DNA of 64,000 bases from Candidatus Micrarchaeota archaeon (GTDB lineage: Archaea > Micrarchaeota > Micrarchaeia > Anstonellales > Bilamarchaeaceae), in the NCBI GenBank assembly GCA_043812915.1, contig JBDRLQ010000016.1:49909-113908 (forward strand), given 5' to 3'. A model generated the notes under the pieces. That model had not been told where the DNA came from, did no database searches, and worked only from the letters and a program-made list of their open reading frames with translations. This document shows positions 19,905 to 29,728 of the stretch, piece by piece (the first letter of the stretch is position 1; each line of letters begins with the position of its first letter). A program made the position numbers and the translations under genes.

Positions 19905-22900
19905 CTAGTAGAGCCTGGACCTGCAGCTCGCGTTCGAACAGGTGGCTCCGCGATAGCCCGCGCGGCCACAGTTGGCGCAGTAGCAGACGCTGGACATTCT
20001 CCAGGGCCTCATCGCACGCCCTAGGGCGGCGCCTGTCCTGTCCGCAGTGTCTGCGAGCCTGTTCATATAGCCTCCGCCCCTGTGCCCGTTCTTCACGAAG
20101 TCCACAAGGCTGGTGGTTATATTCCTGAGGCCGAACGATCCGGTTCCGGGCGCTGGCATGTGCCACATGAAGAGCAGCGGGTTGGCCCATCCGAACATCG
20201 AGTTCTGGGATACGCCGAACCCTCTCATCTCCTGCCCTCTCCTTATCTGGAGGGCTTCTGCGGATATGGTCCTCCTGTGGTGCGTGTCAAGCGCGGAATC
20301 GTGTATCTCCTTTTCGAAGAGTACGGACGCATCACCGCTCCTGAGCATGTTCGCCGCCATGGTCGGGTCCAGCCTCAGGTTCGCCCTGTAGCTGTATGCG
20401 CTCAGCCCCGGGTTGGCAGCTCCTATTCTGACGTCGGAGTACACACCCTCGTTCTGCAGCCACATGTCCTGCGCCGCTGCCCCAAGGCCTCCCCTGAAGT
20501 CGTTGCCCGCAAGCTGCCTCGCTTCAAGGCTGCTCTGGAACACGTTGGACTTGTTGAGCGCCTGGGCAAGCCTGCCCCTGCCTATGCTCGCGCTGAACGG
20601 GTTCAGCGACTGCAGCGCTTCCAGCACCCTCGGCTGGGTGAAGTTGTACTGCCTGAGCGGGTCGTTCACAGAGTCGAACTTGGAAGCGTATCCCTGCATG
20701 GACATCTGCATTCCTCTGAACATGTTCGTGTAGGGCGCCATCATCCTCCTCGCGACCGATATCACGGCACCTGAGTGGGCCATGAAGTTCATATATTCGC
20801 TCTTGGTCATGTACGACTGCAGGTTGTTCGAAAGCGAGTAGGTGTCCTGAGGCCCGAAGTGGAACTTGGCTGCCCATGCCTGGTGGGTTCCGAATGAACT
20901 GGAAGCCAGCCACGGGTTCCTGTCTATCGCGAATGCCCACACCTGGTCGAACCTGCCCTGGTCTATTGCCAGCCTGCGGTATGCCTTCTGCTCCTGGGCG
21001 CTGAGCCCGAGCTGGTTAAGGTCTGCTGACATTATCCTCTGGGCGTTCCTCCATGATGCCTGCCTGTAGAACTCCGAGTAAGGAGTTATCTCCCAGGAAG
21101 CCTTGTGGAGCTCACCACCAGCGGAAAGTGCGACACGCGACACATAGTCCCCGACATGGAGTGCCATGTCCCTGAACGGCTTTATCGCCTTCATCAGGCC
21201 TGGAGCCTCCCAGTTGAACATGCGGAATATGCTCGGGGCAAGGGGCATAACCTCCCTCTTGGCCATCACCTTCACGTCGCTATTGTTCCAGAACTTTCCG
21301 TAGTCATAGGTCTGGTTGCCGTACCTCCATGTGACAGCTCCCAATATCTTCTGCTTCTCATAGCTGTATCCGCCGTCCTTGGCCCATGCGGTGACCTCGT
21401 TCATGAATGCGTTCCATTCATGTGTGGTCCTCTTGCTCTGGAGGTCCTGCCACCTTCTCTCAAGGTCGCTCCTTCCGCCGAAGTGTATGTTTACATCATC
21501 CGGATTGAAGAGCATGTGGGACTTCGTCTCCCTGTTGTAGAGCGACACTTCTCCTGCGAGCATCCTGTCCTTGTCACCTACTGGCATGGCATGCCTGTAG
21601 GGGCAGTATCCTCCGTCAGACATAAGCACCCACGGCTGCTTGAATCCAGCCAGGTCGTCATATGTTATCTTGCTGCCGAGCACCTTCTTCAAGTCATCCT
21701 GGTGCTCCATCGCAAGGGTCCTGAACTTCTTTAAGTCCTCTGGATTCTGCATCTTCATGGTCTCAAGGAACCTGAGGTCAGCGTGGTTGCCCGGCATGCC
21801 CTTGTTCTCCTTCAGGGCCTTTTCCATGAACGCTGCGAGCACGTTGTTGTAGAAGCCCGTAGTCTCATGCATCTGTCCCCCATAGGCGTGGTTGCAGAAT
21901 GTGGAGTTCGCCCTGTTCCGCATATCCTTCTCTATGTAATCTGACACCCACATCTGCTGGGCCTTGGTCCTCCTCTGGTCGACAGACCAGCTTGTGGAGC
22001 CGACTGCCCGGTCAAGCCTTGCTTCAACAGACGGATCGAGCGCTGTCACGTATCCACCGCCGAACCTGCGGTTTATCCACGGCGCCATTGCTATATTCTC
22101 TGAAGTGTCTATGTGCGAGAGCCAGTGCGTCTTCATGTCTGTCTTGAACGCCCCTGTCGGAGGCGCTAGCTCGAAGGCTCCCTGGTGCCACACCCTCCTT
22201 CCATCAGGGGTCATTCCGCTCTTGGGTATTGCCCCGCCGAACGTGAAGTCCACCATCTCGGCTATCGCGGCTTGGCTGACACTCTTGCCCTTCACCTTCT
22301 GGAACATCTCCCTGCCCTCGGCGGTGAACATATCGGCGAAGTAGCCTCTGGCCCTGTCTCGTATCTTGCCAAGCTGGACCTCGTTCCTCATGTATTCCGG
22401 AAGCTCATGCATGTTGCTTGCCGGATTGAGGGTAACCATCCTGTTGACGGCCTTTAGCCACTCGGACTGGAGCGCTTCCTTTATGCCCGCGCCGTATACG
22501 TGGCCTTCCTCATTCGCATATACCATTGAGCGGAACACCGACATGTTCCATATCTCCTGGGCGGTCATGTGCTCCCTGCCCACGAATGAATGGAACGCGT
22601 TGGGGCTGCTCGCGCTTCCCGGCGGGAAGTCGTTGTGGTGCTGCTCTATCACCTGCTGGAGAGCGAGCATCTTGGCGAATTCAGGCATCTTGGACGCTTC
22701 CACAGCTTCAACACTGCGCTGGAACTGCAGCATGCCCGAGAACTCGCTCCTGGCTATGCCCTGCCTCTCGGCAAGATTCAAGAGCTGGCCGAGCTTCTGC
22801 TCCCCGCTGGCCTTGGTGTTTCCGAGTATATGCCTTATCTCTTCTTCCATTGCTGCGAATGCGGCTGATGACCTCACGCCCGACATCTTGACCACGTCGA

Positions 22901-24701
22901 GGTCGCGGCATCCTATGTTGGCCAGTTCCTCCTGGGTCATGTGGACATTGACGCCTGCCTTTCCATATATGCGGGATACTACGTGCCGCATTTCATCGCG
23001 GGTAAGCTCATGCCTGAGCTTGCCATAGAAGAAACCCATGTTCTGGTCCACGCGGTACATGCCCCCCACCACCATCTCGTGGGGTGGGGTGGTGACCTGC
23101 TTGTAGAACGCTCCTGCCGCCCCGCCCCTCCTCTGGGCTGCTGCGGCCCTGGCTTCGAAGGCGGGCTTTCCGCCTACTACTGCCGTGGTGCCTGTCTTGG
23201 CCATTTCCCTGGCGAATGCTATTCCGTGTGTTCCGGCGGCCCTGGTTCCCCTGGCAACCACCTGCGTGGTTCTTGACATGGAATCCACAGTGCCTGCGAC
23301 TATGGGGCCGAGTATGGCGTACCTTCCGAATGCCTTTCCAAGCGCGCTCTGCACCCTCTGGTGCGCCGCGCTGCGCACTCCGAGCTCCGGGTGCGCTGTT
23401 AGCACTTCGAGCCTCTTCCATGTGCTAAGGCCGCTTATATACTGCCTAATTGAGCCTCCCAATACGGCGTCCTGCCCTCCCCTGCCTTCAAGCGTTGACA
23501 TAAGCTGGGATACTACCCTGTGCTCCTCCTCTCCATAGTGGTATGGGAGCCTGCGCGCAAGGCTTCTTGCCTCCTCAGCCGACATGCCTGCCCTGCGGGC
23601 TGCGACCGCCATGCTCTCGGACATCTGCCTCAGCTGCCCGACATCGCCTGCGGCCCTGTCCCCTGCGGTTGCGGGCGCTGCCTGCGCCAGCCTGCGTATC
23701 TCACTTACTTCTGAAGGCGTTACTCCCGCGCCTCTGGTGGCGAGCCTCTCTGAAGTAAGGGCTGTCGCTCCTGCCGCAAGGCCCATGTTGCTCTTTAGCG
23801 TCCTCTTCATTTCCGTGTAACCGAAAGGGGCGAGTATCTGCCCACTGGCCGAGACTCCCTTTGGAGCCGGAAGCCTTGGCGTGGTTATGTCTAGCAATGA
23901 TATGGGCGATTTGCCCGAAAAGTACATCGATGCCAGAAGAAGGCCGAGTATCATGAATATCCCCAGGCACGGAAGCGTTCCTCCTATTCCGCTTGGCCCT
24001 GCAACCAGGGAAGTTATCATGTCCGTAAGCTCCGGGAGTATTCCCGGGCTTGTGTCTTCGGTTGTGAGCGTGGTGGTGTACGGAGTAGTCGTTATCCCTC
24101 CATTGAGCTGCGCCGGGGCCACTACCTTCACGTTTATCCTTCCTGTTCCTCCGAGCTCCCCTCCTGTTGAATACAAGCTTGTGGGCACTTCGCAGGATAC
24201 ATAGTAATATGGTATGGCGTCCGCGCCTTCACCCACGGTCCTGTAGTCCTCCGCGGTGAGTACTGGGCTGCAGTCAGGTATTCCCACCCAGTCCCTCGCG
24301 TTGGGGCTCCAGTAAAGGAATGTGAAATTAGCATTGGGCACTGTCATGTATGTTACGTCCTGTTCAGTGCTGCCGAGCCTTTCAGCGCTCGCACTGTGAA
24401 TGCAGCTCTGCCAGTCGTATCCTCCGTCTTCCCTGATGAATTCGGCGGCGTCGCAGTACTCATGGTAGCCTTCTCCCCTGCAACACTCTGCTATGCGCTG
24501 CGTTTCCGAAAAATCCACTGCGGACGCTTCGGTACGGAAAAGAAGCAGGCTCGCCTCAAGGACATTGGAGCCCTCTCCGGTCGGCATTACCACCAACTGT
24601 CCCTCGAAGAAATCAGAGCCTCCGAAAAGGTCGGCACTGACTGTGGGGACCAGCATCAGCAAAACAAACATCCCAACGAACAAATTTCTTATTGCGGACA
24701 T
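19905..24701 (-). CDS. Giant (1598 aa) single-pass membrane protein of unknown function with C-terminal zinc ribbon
   Basis: Signal peptide; ~220-aa exoplasmic part; TM LPCLGIFMILGLLLASMYF; long cytoplasmic region; terminal CANC...CSNASC. Confidence 0.75.
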   Translation of the reverse strand: MSAIRNLFVGMFVLLMLVPTVSADLFGGSDFFEGQLVVMPTGEGSNVLEASLLLFRTEASAVDFSETQRIAECCRGEGYHEYCDAAEFIREDGGYDWQSCIHSASAERLGSTEQDVTYMTVPNANFTFLYWSPNARDWVGIPDCSPVLTAEDYRTVGEGADAIPYYYVSCEVPTSLYSTGGELGGTGRINVKVVAPAQLNGGITTTPYTTTLTTEDTSPGILPELTDMITSLVAGPSGIGGTLPCLGIFMILGLLLASMYFSGKSPISLLDITTPRLPAPKGVSASGQILAPFGYTEMKRTLKSNMGLAAGATALTSERLATRGAGVTPSEVSEIRRLAQAAPATAGDRAAGDVGQLRQMSESMAVAARRAGMSAEEARSLARRLPYHYGEEEHRVVSQLMSTLEGRGGQDAVLGGSIRQYISGLSTWKRLEVLTAHPELGVRSAAHQRVQSALGKAFGRYAILGPIVAGTVDSMSRTTQVVARGTRAAGTHGIAFAREMAKTGTTAVVGGKPAFEARAAAAQRRGGAAGAFYKQVTTPPHEMVVGGMYRVDQNMGFFYGKLRHELTRDEMRHVVSRIYGKAGVNVHMTQEELANIGCRDLDVVKMSGVRSSAAFAAMEEEIRHILGNTKASGEQKLGQLLNLAERQGIARSEFSGMLQFQRSVEAVEASKMPEFAKMLALQQVIEQHHNDFPPGSASSPNAFHSFVGREHMTAQEIWNMSVFRSMVYANEEGHVYGAGIKEALQSEWLKAVNRMVTLNPASNMHELPEYMRNEVQLGKIRDRARGYFADMFTAEGREMFQKVKGKSVSQAAIAEMVDFTFGGAIPKSGMTPDGRRVWHQGAFELAPPTGAFKTDMKTHWLSHIDTSENIAMAPWINRRFGGGYVTALDPSVEARLDRAVGSTSWSVDQRRTKAQQMWVSDYIEKDMRNRANSTFCNHAYGGQMHETTGFYNNVLAAFMEKALKENKGMPGNHADLRFLETMKMQNPEDLKKFRTLAMEHQDDLKKVLGSKITYDDLAGFKQPWVLMSDGGYCPYRHAMPVGDKDRMLAGEVSLYNRETKSHMLFNPDDVNIHFGGRSDLERRWQDLQSKRTTHEWNAFMNEVTAWAKDGGYSYEKQKILGAVTWRYGNQTYDYGKFWNNSDVKVMAKREVMPLAPSIFRMFNWEAPGLMKAIKPFRDMALHVGDYVSRVALSAGGELHKASWEITPYSEFYRQASWRNAQRIMSADLNQLGLSAQEQKAYRRLAIDQGRFDQVWAFAIDRNPWLASSSFGTHQAWAAKFHFGPQDTYSLSNNLQSYMTKSEYMNFMAHSGAVISVARRMMAPYTNMFRGMQMSMQGYASKFDSVNDPLRQYNFTQPRVLEALQSLNPFSASIGRGRLAQALNKSNVFQSSLEARQLAGNDFRGGLGAAAQDMWLQNEGVYSDVRIGAANPGLSAYSYRANLRLDPTMAANMLRSGDASVLFEKEIHDSALDTHHRRTISAEALQIRRGQEMRGFGVSQNSMFGWANPLLFMWHMPAPGTGSFGLRNITTSLVDFVKNGHRGGGYMNRLADTADRTGAALGRAMRPWRMSSVCYCANCGRAGYRGATCSNASCRSRLY

Positions 24702-24738
24702 CTTAATCACACTTCTAAGTAAATCGGGTCGACGCCGC

Positions 24739-24800
24739 TTTATAAACCTGTAGGTTTTATAGTTATATGAAAACTACAAAAACTACAAAATCTGTAGTTT
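24739..24800. promoter_or_regulatory. Divergent promoter region with four CTACA/TGTAG boxes
   Basis: TTTATAAA 24739-24746; TGTAGGTT 24749-24756; AAACTACA 24771-24778 and 24780-24787; inverted TGTAGTTT 24793-24800. Confidence 0.6.
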
Positions 24801-24832
24801 ATTGTCGTAAAACAAGATAAGAAGGGGTAAAT

Positions 24833-25894
24833 ATGAAAGGAACGAATCCATTCCCGCTATGGGGAGAGACACCTCAGAGCATTATAGGTAGGAATAACGA
24901 AATTGATATATTTAATAGTTACCTAAACGCGGTTTCCTCCGGTACGCCCGTGCTCGTGCTCTCAACCGGGGGCCCCGGGAGCGGAAAGACGCTGCTTTTC
25001 CGCCGTTTACGCCGTGAGAGCATAAAGGAAGGCCTCGCGTCACCATATATAAAGATAGAGCGGGGGGAGTCCGAATCCGACCTGGTGAACAAGCTCCACC
25101 AGGAGATGATAGGCTTCCTGGAGACCCAGGAAGGGGAGCGGGCCAGGCCCGGCAGGTATTCCGCCTCCATAAACGCCCTCAGGAAGAGGAGCGCTGGCAC
25201 CCTGGAGGGCTTTTCGAGGGCGGCCGCCTCGGACTTAGGCGGGGTGATGCACGGGATAATGTTCTTCATAGACGATTTCGACAACCTGCGCAAGAGCGAG
25301 GATGAGTTCCAGAAGATTGCCTCGATTGTCAGCAGGGGGAAACTGCCCGTCGGCTTCGCGCTCTCATCCACCCGGGATTACGGGGGCAGCGACCCAGTAA
25401 TACGGAGATTCGCCCTTTCCGCCTTCACAGAGCATGATGTGCTTGAGCTTGTGGATAAGGCTCTTGGGAAAGGGCCGCCGAAGATGGGAGAGCAATGCCT
25501 GAAATCAATTATGGCCGACAGCGGCGGGAATCCCCGCCTGGTGAAGACTTCCTGCTGGATGCTTTATGAGAGATTGAAGGAAACTGACAAGATTATAACG
25601 AAGGGGCATTACCTGGCGGCTTTGCCGGCCCTGACGAGCATGCTAGGCAGGGAATGGTTCGGCCCGATGTACAGCAGGACACCCGAATCAGAGAGGAAAA
25701 TCCTGAAAGTTCTGGCCAGGGAAGGAAAGCAGATGCACATATCAGATGTCGCAACGGCAATGGGAAAGCCTCTTGGCCCAACGACAGCCCTCGCAAAGAG
25801 GCTCCTGGACAGGGGGCAGATACTCCGGATGGACCGCGGCGTTTACCTTCTCTTTTCCAGGCTCTATGGGAGATATGTCCTTAGCATGTCATAA
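24833..25894 (+). CDS. Archaeal AAA+/STAND-like ATPase with C-terminal winged helix
   Basis: NPF...IIGR..E, Walker A GGPGSGKT, Walker B MFFIDDFD, SGGNP, and a wHTH ending RLLDRGQI....RGVY. Confidence 0.82.
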   Translation: MKGTNPFPLWGETPQSIIGRNNEIDIFNSYLNAVSSGTPVLVLSTGGPGSGKTLLFRRLRRESIKEGLASPYIKIERGESESDLVNKLHQEMIGFLETQEGERARPGRYSASINALRKRSAGTLEGFSRAAASDLGGVMHGIMFFIDDFDNLRKSEDEFQKIASIVSRGKLPVGFALSSTRDYGGSDPVIRRFALSAFTEHDVLELVDKALGKGPPKMGEQCLKSIMADSGGNPRLVKTSCWMLYERLKETDKIITKGHYLAALPALTSMLGREWFGPMYSRTPESERKILKVLAREGKQMHISDVATAMGKPLGPTTALAKRLLDRGQILRMDRGVYLLFSRLYGRYVLSMS

Positions 25895-25962
25895 TCCTCC
25901 ATTCTTTCCCTGAGCGGATGCCTTATCTTTTAAAAACCTTAAAGGAGGTTTAGAAACGAAAG

Positions 25963-27537
25963 GTGAATACTGTGGACGACAAACAATCTTCTTCGAATCT
26001 TAGGGTAATTAGTGTTTTCGTTCTTGTCATGATAAACGTGGCCGCGATTGCTTCGCTCCGTGGCCTTCCTGCAATGGCCGAACTCGGTCTCTCATCTGTC
26101 TTCTATTTCGTGGTGATAGCGCTCCTTTTCTTCATACCCACCGCCTTGGTTTCGGCAGAGCTGGCAACAGGCTGGCCGAAGAAAGGAGGGGTGTATGTAT
26201 GGATAAAGGAAGCCTTCGGCCAGAGATGGGGATTCCTGGCAATCTGGCTCCAATGGATTCAGAATGTCATCTGGTATCCCACCGTCCTCTCATTCACCGC
26301 GGCCACCCTGGCATATGTCTTCAGCCCTGCCTTGGCATCTAACCCGTTGTATATGCTGGGGGTTATCCTTGCGGTGTACTGGGGAGCGACATTGGCAAAC
26401 TTTCGCGGTATGAAGACTTCCGGAACGATAACCACAATCGGAGCGGTCGGAGGGACAATCCTTCCAGCATTAATTATCATCATCCTCGCAGGAATATGGA
26501 TATCTTCGGGCAACGCGCTCCAGATCGAATTCAATTTTCAGGACTTGGTTCCGGACCTTAGCAGCATAGGCACAATCGTCCTTGCCGCAAGCGTCCTCCT
26601 AGGTTTCTGCGGAATGGAGATGTCCGCCGTGCACGCCCAGGAAGTTAGAAATCCGCAGAATAATTTCCCCCGGGCGATACTTCTTTCGACGGCGCTCATC
26701 TTGGGGATATTCATCCTCGGGACACTATCAATCGCGATAGTGGTCCCCACTGCGAAAATCAGCTTGGTTGCTGGAATCATGCAGGCCTTCACAAGCTTCT
26801 TTGATGCGTACAATATCGGTTGGATGGTTCCAATCATCGCTCTTTTGATTGTCCTTGGGTCAATCGGCTCTGTGAGCACCTGGATTGTGGGCCCGAGCAA
26901 GGGATTGTTCGCGACAGCATCCGAAGGCTCTCTCCCGCCCTTCTTCCAGAAGGTGAACAAGAACGGGATGCCTGTCAACCTGATGCTGGTCCAGGCGGGG
27001 ATAGTGACCCTGCTGGCGCTCATATTCCTTCTGATGCCTAATGTCAGCAGCTCATACTGGATTCTGACAGCGCTGACAGCGCAGCTTTATCTAATCATGT
27101 ACGTGCTGCTCTTCCTTGCAGCACTCAAGCTGCGCTATTCCAGGCCGGAAGTTCCGCGCGCATACAGGATCCCATTCGGTAAACTCGGCATGTGGGTTGT
27201 CGCGGGAGTTGGAAGCCTGGCGGCCCTTTCAGGGATTTTCATCGGATTCTTCCCGCCATCCCAGCTCCAGACCGGGAACATAATATTCTACGAGTCATTC
27301 CTGGTTGTTGGCATACTGCTGGTTGTTTCCGCCCCCCTGGTGATACACCACTTCAGGAAGCCGGAATGGGTTCCGAAAACAGCGAGGCAGGATATGACAA
27401 TCAGCGCAGCTCCGGAAATACTTGCCAGGAAAATGGCAAAGGCTGACCGGATAGCCGGCTACACGAAAAAACCAGGGGCAAGGAACCCAAAAAAGAAGAG
27501 TATCAAATCCAGAAAGAAAACCAAGAGAAGGGGATGA
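25963..27537 (+). CDS. gadC: Glutamate/GABA antiporter (APC family)
   Basis: SLRGLP, SAELATGWP..GGVYVW, GMEMSAVHA; about 12 TM; adjacent to glutamate decarboxylase. Confidence 0.85.
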   Translation: MNTVDDKQSSSNLRVISVFVLVMINVAAIASLRGLPAMAELGLSSVFYFVVIALLFFIPTALVSAELATGWPKKGGVYVWIKEAFGQRWGFLAIWLQWIQNVIWYPTVLSFTAATLAYVFSPALASNPLYMLGVILAVYWGATLANFRGMKTSGTITTIGAVGGTILPALIIIILAGIWISSGNALQIEFNFQDLVPDLSSIGTIVLAASVLLGFCGMEMSAVHAQEVRNPQNNFPRAILLSTALILGIFILGTLSIAIVVPTAKISLVAGIMQAFTSFFDAYNIGWMVPIIALLIVLGSIGSVSTWIVGPSKGLFATASEGSLPPFFQKVNKNGMPVNLMLVQAGIVTLLALIFLLMPNVSSSYWILTALTAQLYLIMYVLLFLAALKLRYSRPEVPRAYRIPFGKLGMWVVAGVGSLAALSGIFIGFFPPSQLQTGNIIFYESFLVVGILLVVSAPLVIHHFRKPEWVPKTARQDMTISAAPEILARKMAKADRIAGYTKKPGARNPKKKSIKSRKKTKRRG

Positions 27538-27541
27538 AGAA

Positions 27542-28942
27542 ATGGTATCCAAGAAAGCTGAAATAAAGAAAGGAAAAGTGGTGGAGACTGTTGGCGCGAG
27601 CACCTACTCGACAAGATTCTTTGAGGAGGAAGTCCCGAAATACGTCCTCAGGGAAGAAGGGATGCCCGCGAAGGCGGCATACCAGCTGATTCATGACGAG
27701 CTCAATCTCGATGGCAATACCTCCCTCAATCTGGCCACATTCAACACCACGTGGATGGAGCCCGAGGCCAGGCAGATCATCATGGAGAACCTGAACAAGA
27801 ACTACATTGACCATGACGAGTATCCGCAGACGGCGGAAGTTGAAAAAAGGGTAATCAACATGCTGGCCCGGCTCTTCAACGCCCCGGAAGCAAAGAGCTT
27901 TGTTGGAGCTAACACGGTCGGCTCATCAGAAGCAATCCTGCTTGCCTGCCTAGCGCATAAATGGACCTGGAAGAACCGGCAGAAGGCAAAGCGAAGGCCG
28001 TTTGACAAGCCGAACATCGTGATGGGGGGAGACGTCCATACGGTATGGGACAAGTTCGCAAGATACTTCGATGTGGAGCCAAGGATTGTTCCGCTCAAGC
28101 CTGACCGCTACGTTGTCAGCGTCAAGGAGATCGAGAAGCTCATCGATGAGAACACAATCTGCGTGGGCGCGATTCTAGGGACCACCTTCACCGGCCAGGC
28201 CGACCCGATCGAGGAAATAAACGACATGCTTGTCAGAATAAAGAAGACCAAGGGCTGGGATATCCCAATCCACGTCGATGCCGCCAGCGGAGGTTTCGTC
28301 CTTCCATTCACAAACCCGAAGATGAAATGGGACTTCAGGCTGCCGCAGGTGAAGACGATTAACGCCTCCGGGCACAAGTTCGGCCTGACCTACCCTGGCT
28401 GCGGATGGCTCGTCTTCAGGGATGAAACGGACCTGCCCGATGACATAGTCTTCCACATAAATTACCTTGGGGGGGAGATGCCCTCATTCACACTGAATTT
28501 CTCAAGGGGAAGCGCGATGTTGCTCGCGCAGTACTACAATCTCCTTCGCCTTGGGAAAAGCGGATACCGCAGGATTCTGAAGAATATACTCGGAAACGCG
28601 CAGTACCTTGCCCAGAAAATCAAGACCTGCGGCAGGTTCAGCATGCTCAGCACAGCCAAGGTGGTCCCAGTGGTTACTTTCCAGATGGCAAAAGGGCAGG
28701 GTTTCAGCGTATACGAGCTTTCCGACAAGCTAAGGGAGAGGGGCTGGATTGTTCCGGCATACACCCTTCCGCCTAATGCCGAGAGCGTGGCGATACTGAG
28801 GGTTGTGGTCAAGGAGAACTTCAGCCGCGACATGGCTGATTTGTTCTTCAACGACATCATCAACGCGTGCAACGCCCTTGATAAGCCGAAAGTGAAGGAA
28901 AAGAAGACCTCTAGGGGGAAGAAGGAAGATCACATCTGCTAA
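27542..28942 (+). CDS. gadB: Glutamate decarboxylase (PLP-dependent)
   Basis: LDGN..LNLATF..TWME, D.DEYPQT, GSSEA, IHVDAASGGF and SGHKFG (PLP Lys). Confidence 0.95.
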   Translation: MVSKKAEIKKGKVVETVGASTYSTRFFEEEVPKYVLREEGMPAKAAYQLIHDELNLDGNTSLNLATFNTTWMEPEARQIIMENLNKNYIDHDEYPQTAEVEKRVINMLARLFNAPEAKSFVGANTVGSSEAILLACLAHKWTWKNRQKAKRRPFDKPNIVMGGDVHTVWDKFARYFDVEPRIVPLKPDRYVVSVKEIEKLIDENTICVGAILGTTFTGQADPIEEINDMLVRIKKTKGWDIPIHVDAASGGFVLPFTNPKMKWDFRLPQVKTINASGHKFGLTYPGCGWLVFRDETDLPDDIVFHINYLGGEMPSFTLNFSRGSAMLLAQYYNLLRLGKSGYRRILKNILGNAQYLAQKIKTCGRFSMLSTAKVVPVVTFQMAKGQGFSVYELSDKLRERGWIVPAYTLPPNAESVAILRVVVKENFSRDMADLFFNDIINACNALDKPKVKEKKTSRGKKEDHIC

Positions 28943-29244
28943 TTGAGCAGCTCTTCTCTCAGACCAGCGTTCTGGAGCTTCAGGCTGGCCGCCCTCTGAA
29001 TCAGCCCGTGCGGGCTGTTTTCAGCCAGGTGGCTCAGTTGCTCCTTCATGCCAATTGCCTCTATCCTTGTGAGCGCAAGGATTGTTTCCGCGACTTTTCT
29101 CTCGGGAGGCTGAAGCGGGGGCCTCCATATGCCGCTTCGCATTTCAACCAGTTCCCATAAATAGTCTCTTATTATTGGGTGCAGTCGGGGCGTTCTCCGG
29201 TTAGGCGCCTTTATTATTGCCCGTAGCTCTCTTTTGGAAGACAT
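28939..29244 (-). CDS. Hypothetical protein
   Basis: 101-aa ORF filling the gap; convergent with gadB, stops overlapping. Confidence 0.45.
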   Translation of the reverse strand: MSSKRELRAIIKAPNRRTPRLHPIIRDYLWELVEMRSGIWRPPLQPPERKVAETILALTRIEAIGMKEQLSHLAENSPHGLIQRAASLKLQNAGLREELLN

Positions 29245-29306
29245 AATCAGTCACAAGTTGCAGGAAAAAGATAAAAAAATGGCGGCACTTTGCCGCCGGC
29301 ATCTAT

Positions 29307-29636
29307 TCAGCCTCTGTCATTGAGGTCGAAATCGATTCCCCCTCCGACCTTGAGCACTATGTTGTATACGGTCGCAGACAGGAATCCCATTATGAATGCC
29401 AGAATGCTGTTCACAACAAGGCCAATCAGTCCGAATATGAAGAACATAATCAGGCCGATTATCCCACCGCCGAAAGCGTCCATCGGGTTGTTGGATGCCG
29501 CCATCCCGAGAAGGGTCATGAGGACCATGATTATGCTCATTATGACCATCAGCACTACTCCGAGCACAAAGCTCCATATCGCGAGCAGCTTCCCAAGGGA
29601 AACCGCGCCTATGTGCGTAAGGGTTACTTTTTGCAT
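29307..29636 (-). CDS. Small two-TM membrane protein (DUF3566-like)
   Basis: KVTLTHIG..SLGK N-terminus and A.VYN.V....GGI C-terminus. Confidence 0.7.
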   Translation of the reverse strand: MQKVTLTHIGAVSLGKLLAIWSFVLGVVLMVIMSIIMVLMTLLGMAASNNPMDAFGGGIIGLIMFFIFGLIGLVVNSILAFIMGFLSATVYNIVLKVGGGIDFDLNDRG

Positions 29637-29728
29637 ATGTTTCACCGACCACTACTTGCCAGCCTATGTTTTTTAGCCTGATGGTTGCCTGAGAATGGGT
29701 TTTAATCCTTGCCACCGATGACTAAACC

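Noticed and set aside
24770..24800. CRISPR array or canonical ORB replication origin
   Set aside because: Repeats are only 8 bp with no spacers and no G-string ORB motif; the adjacent ATPase is not recognisably Orc1/Cdc6.
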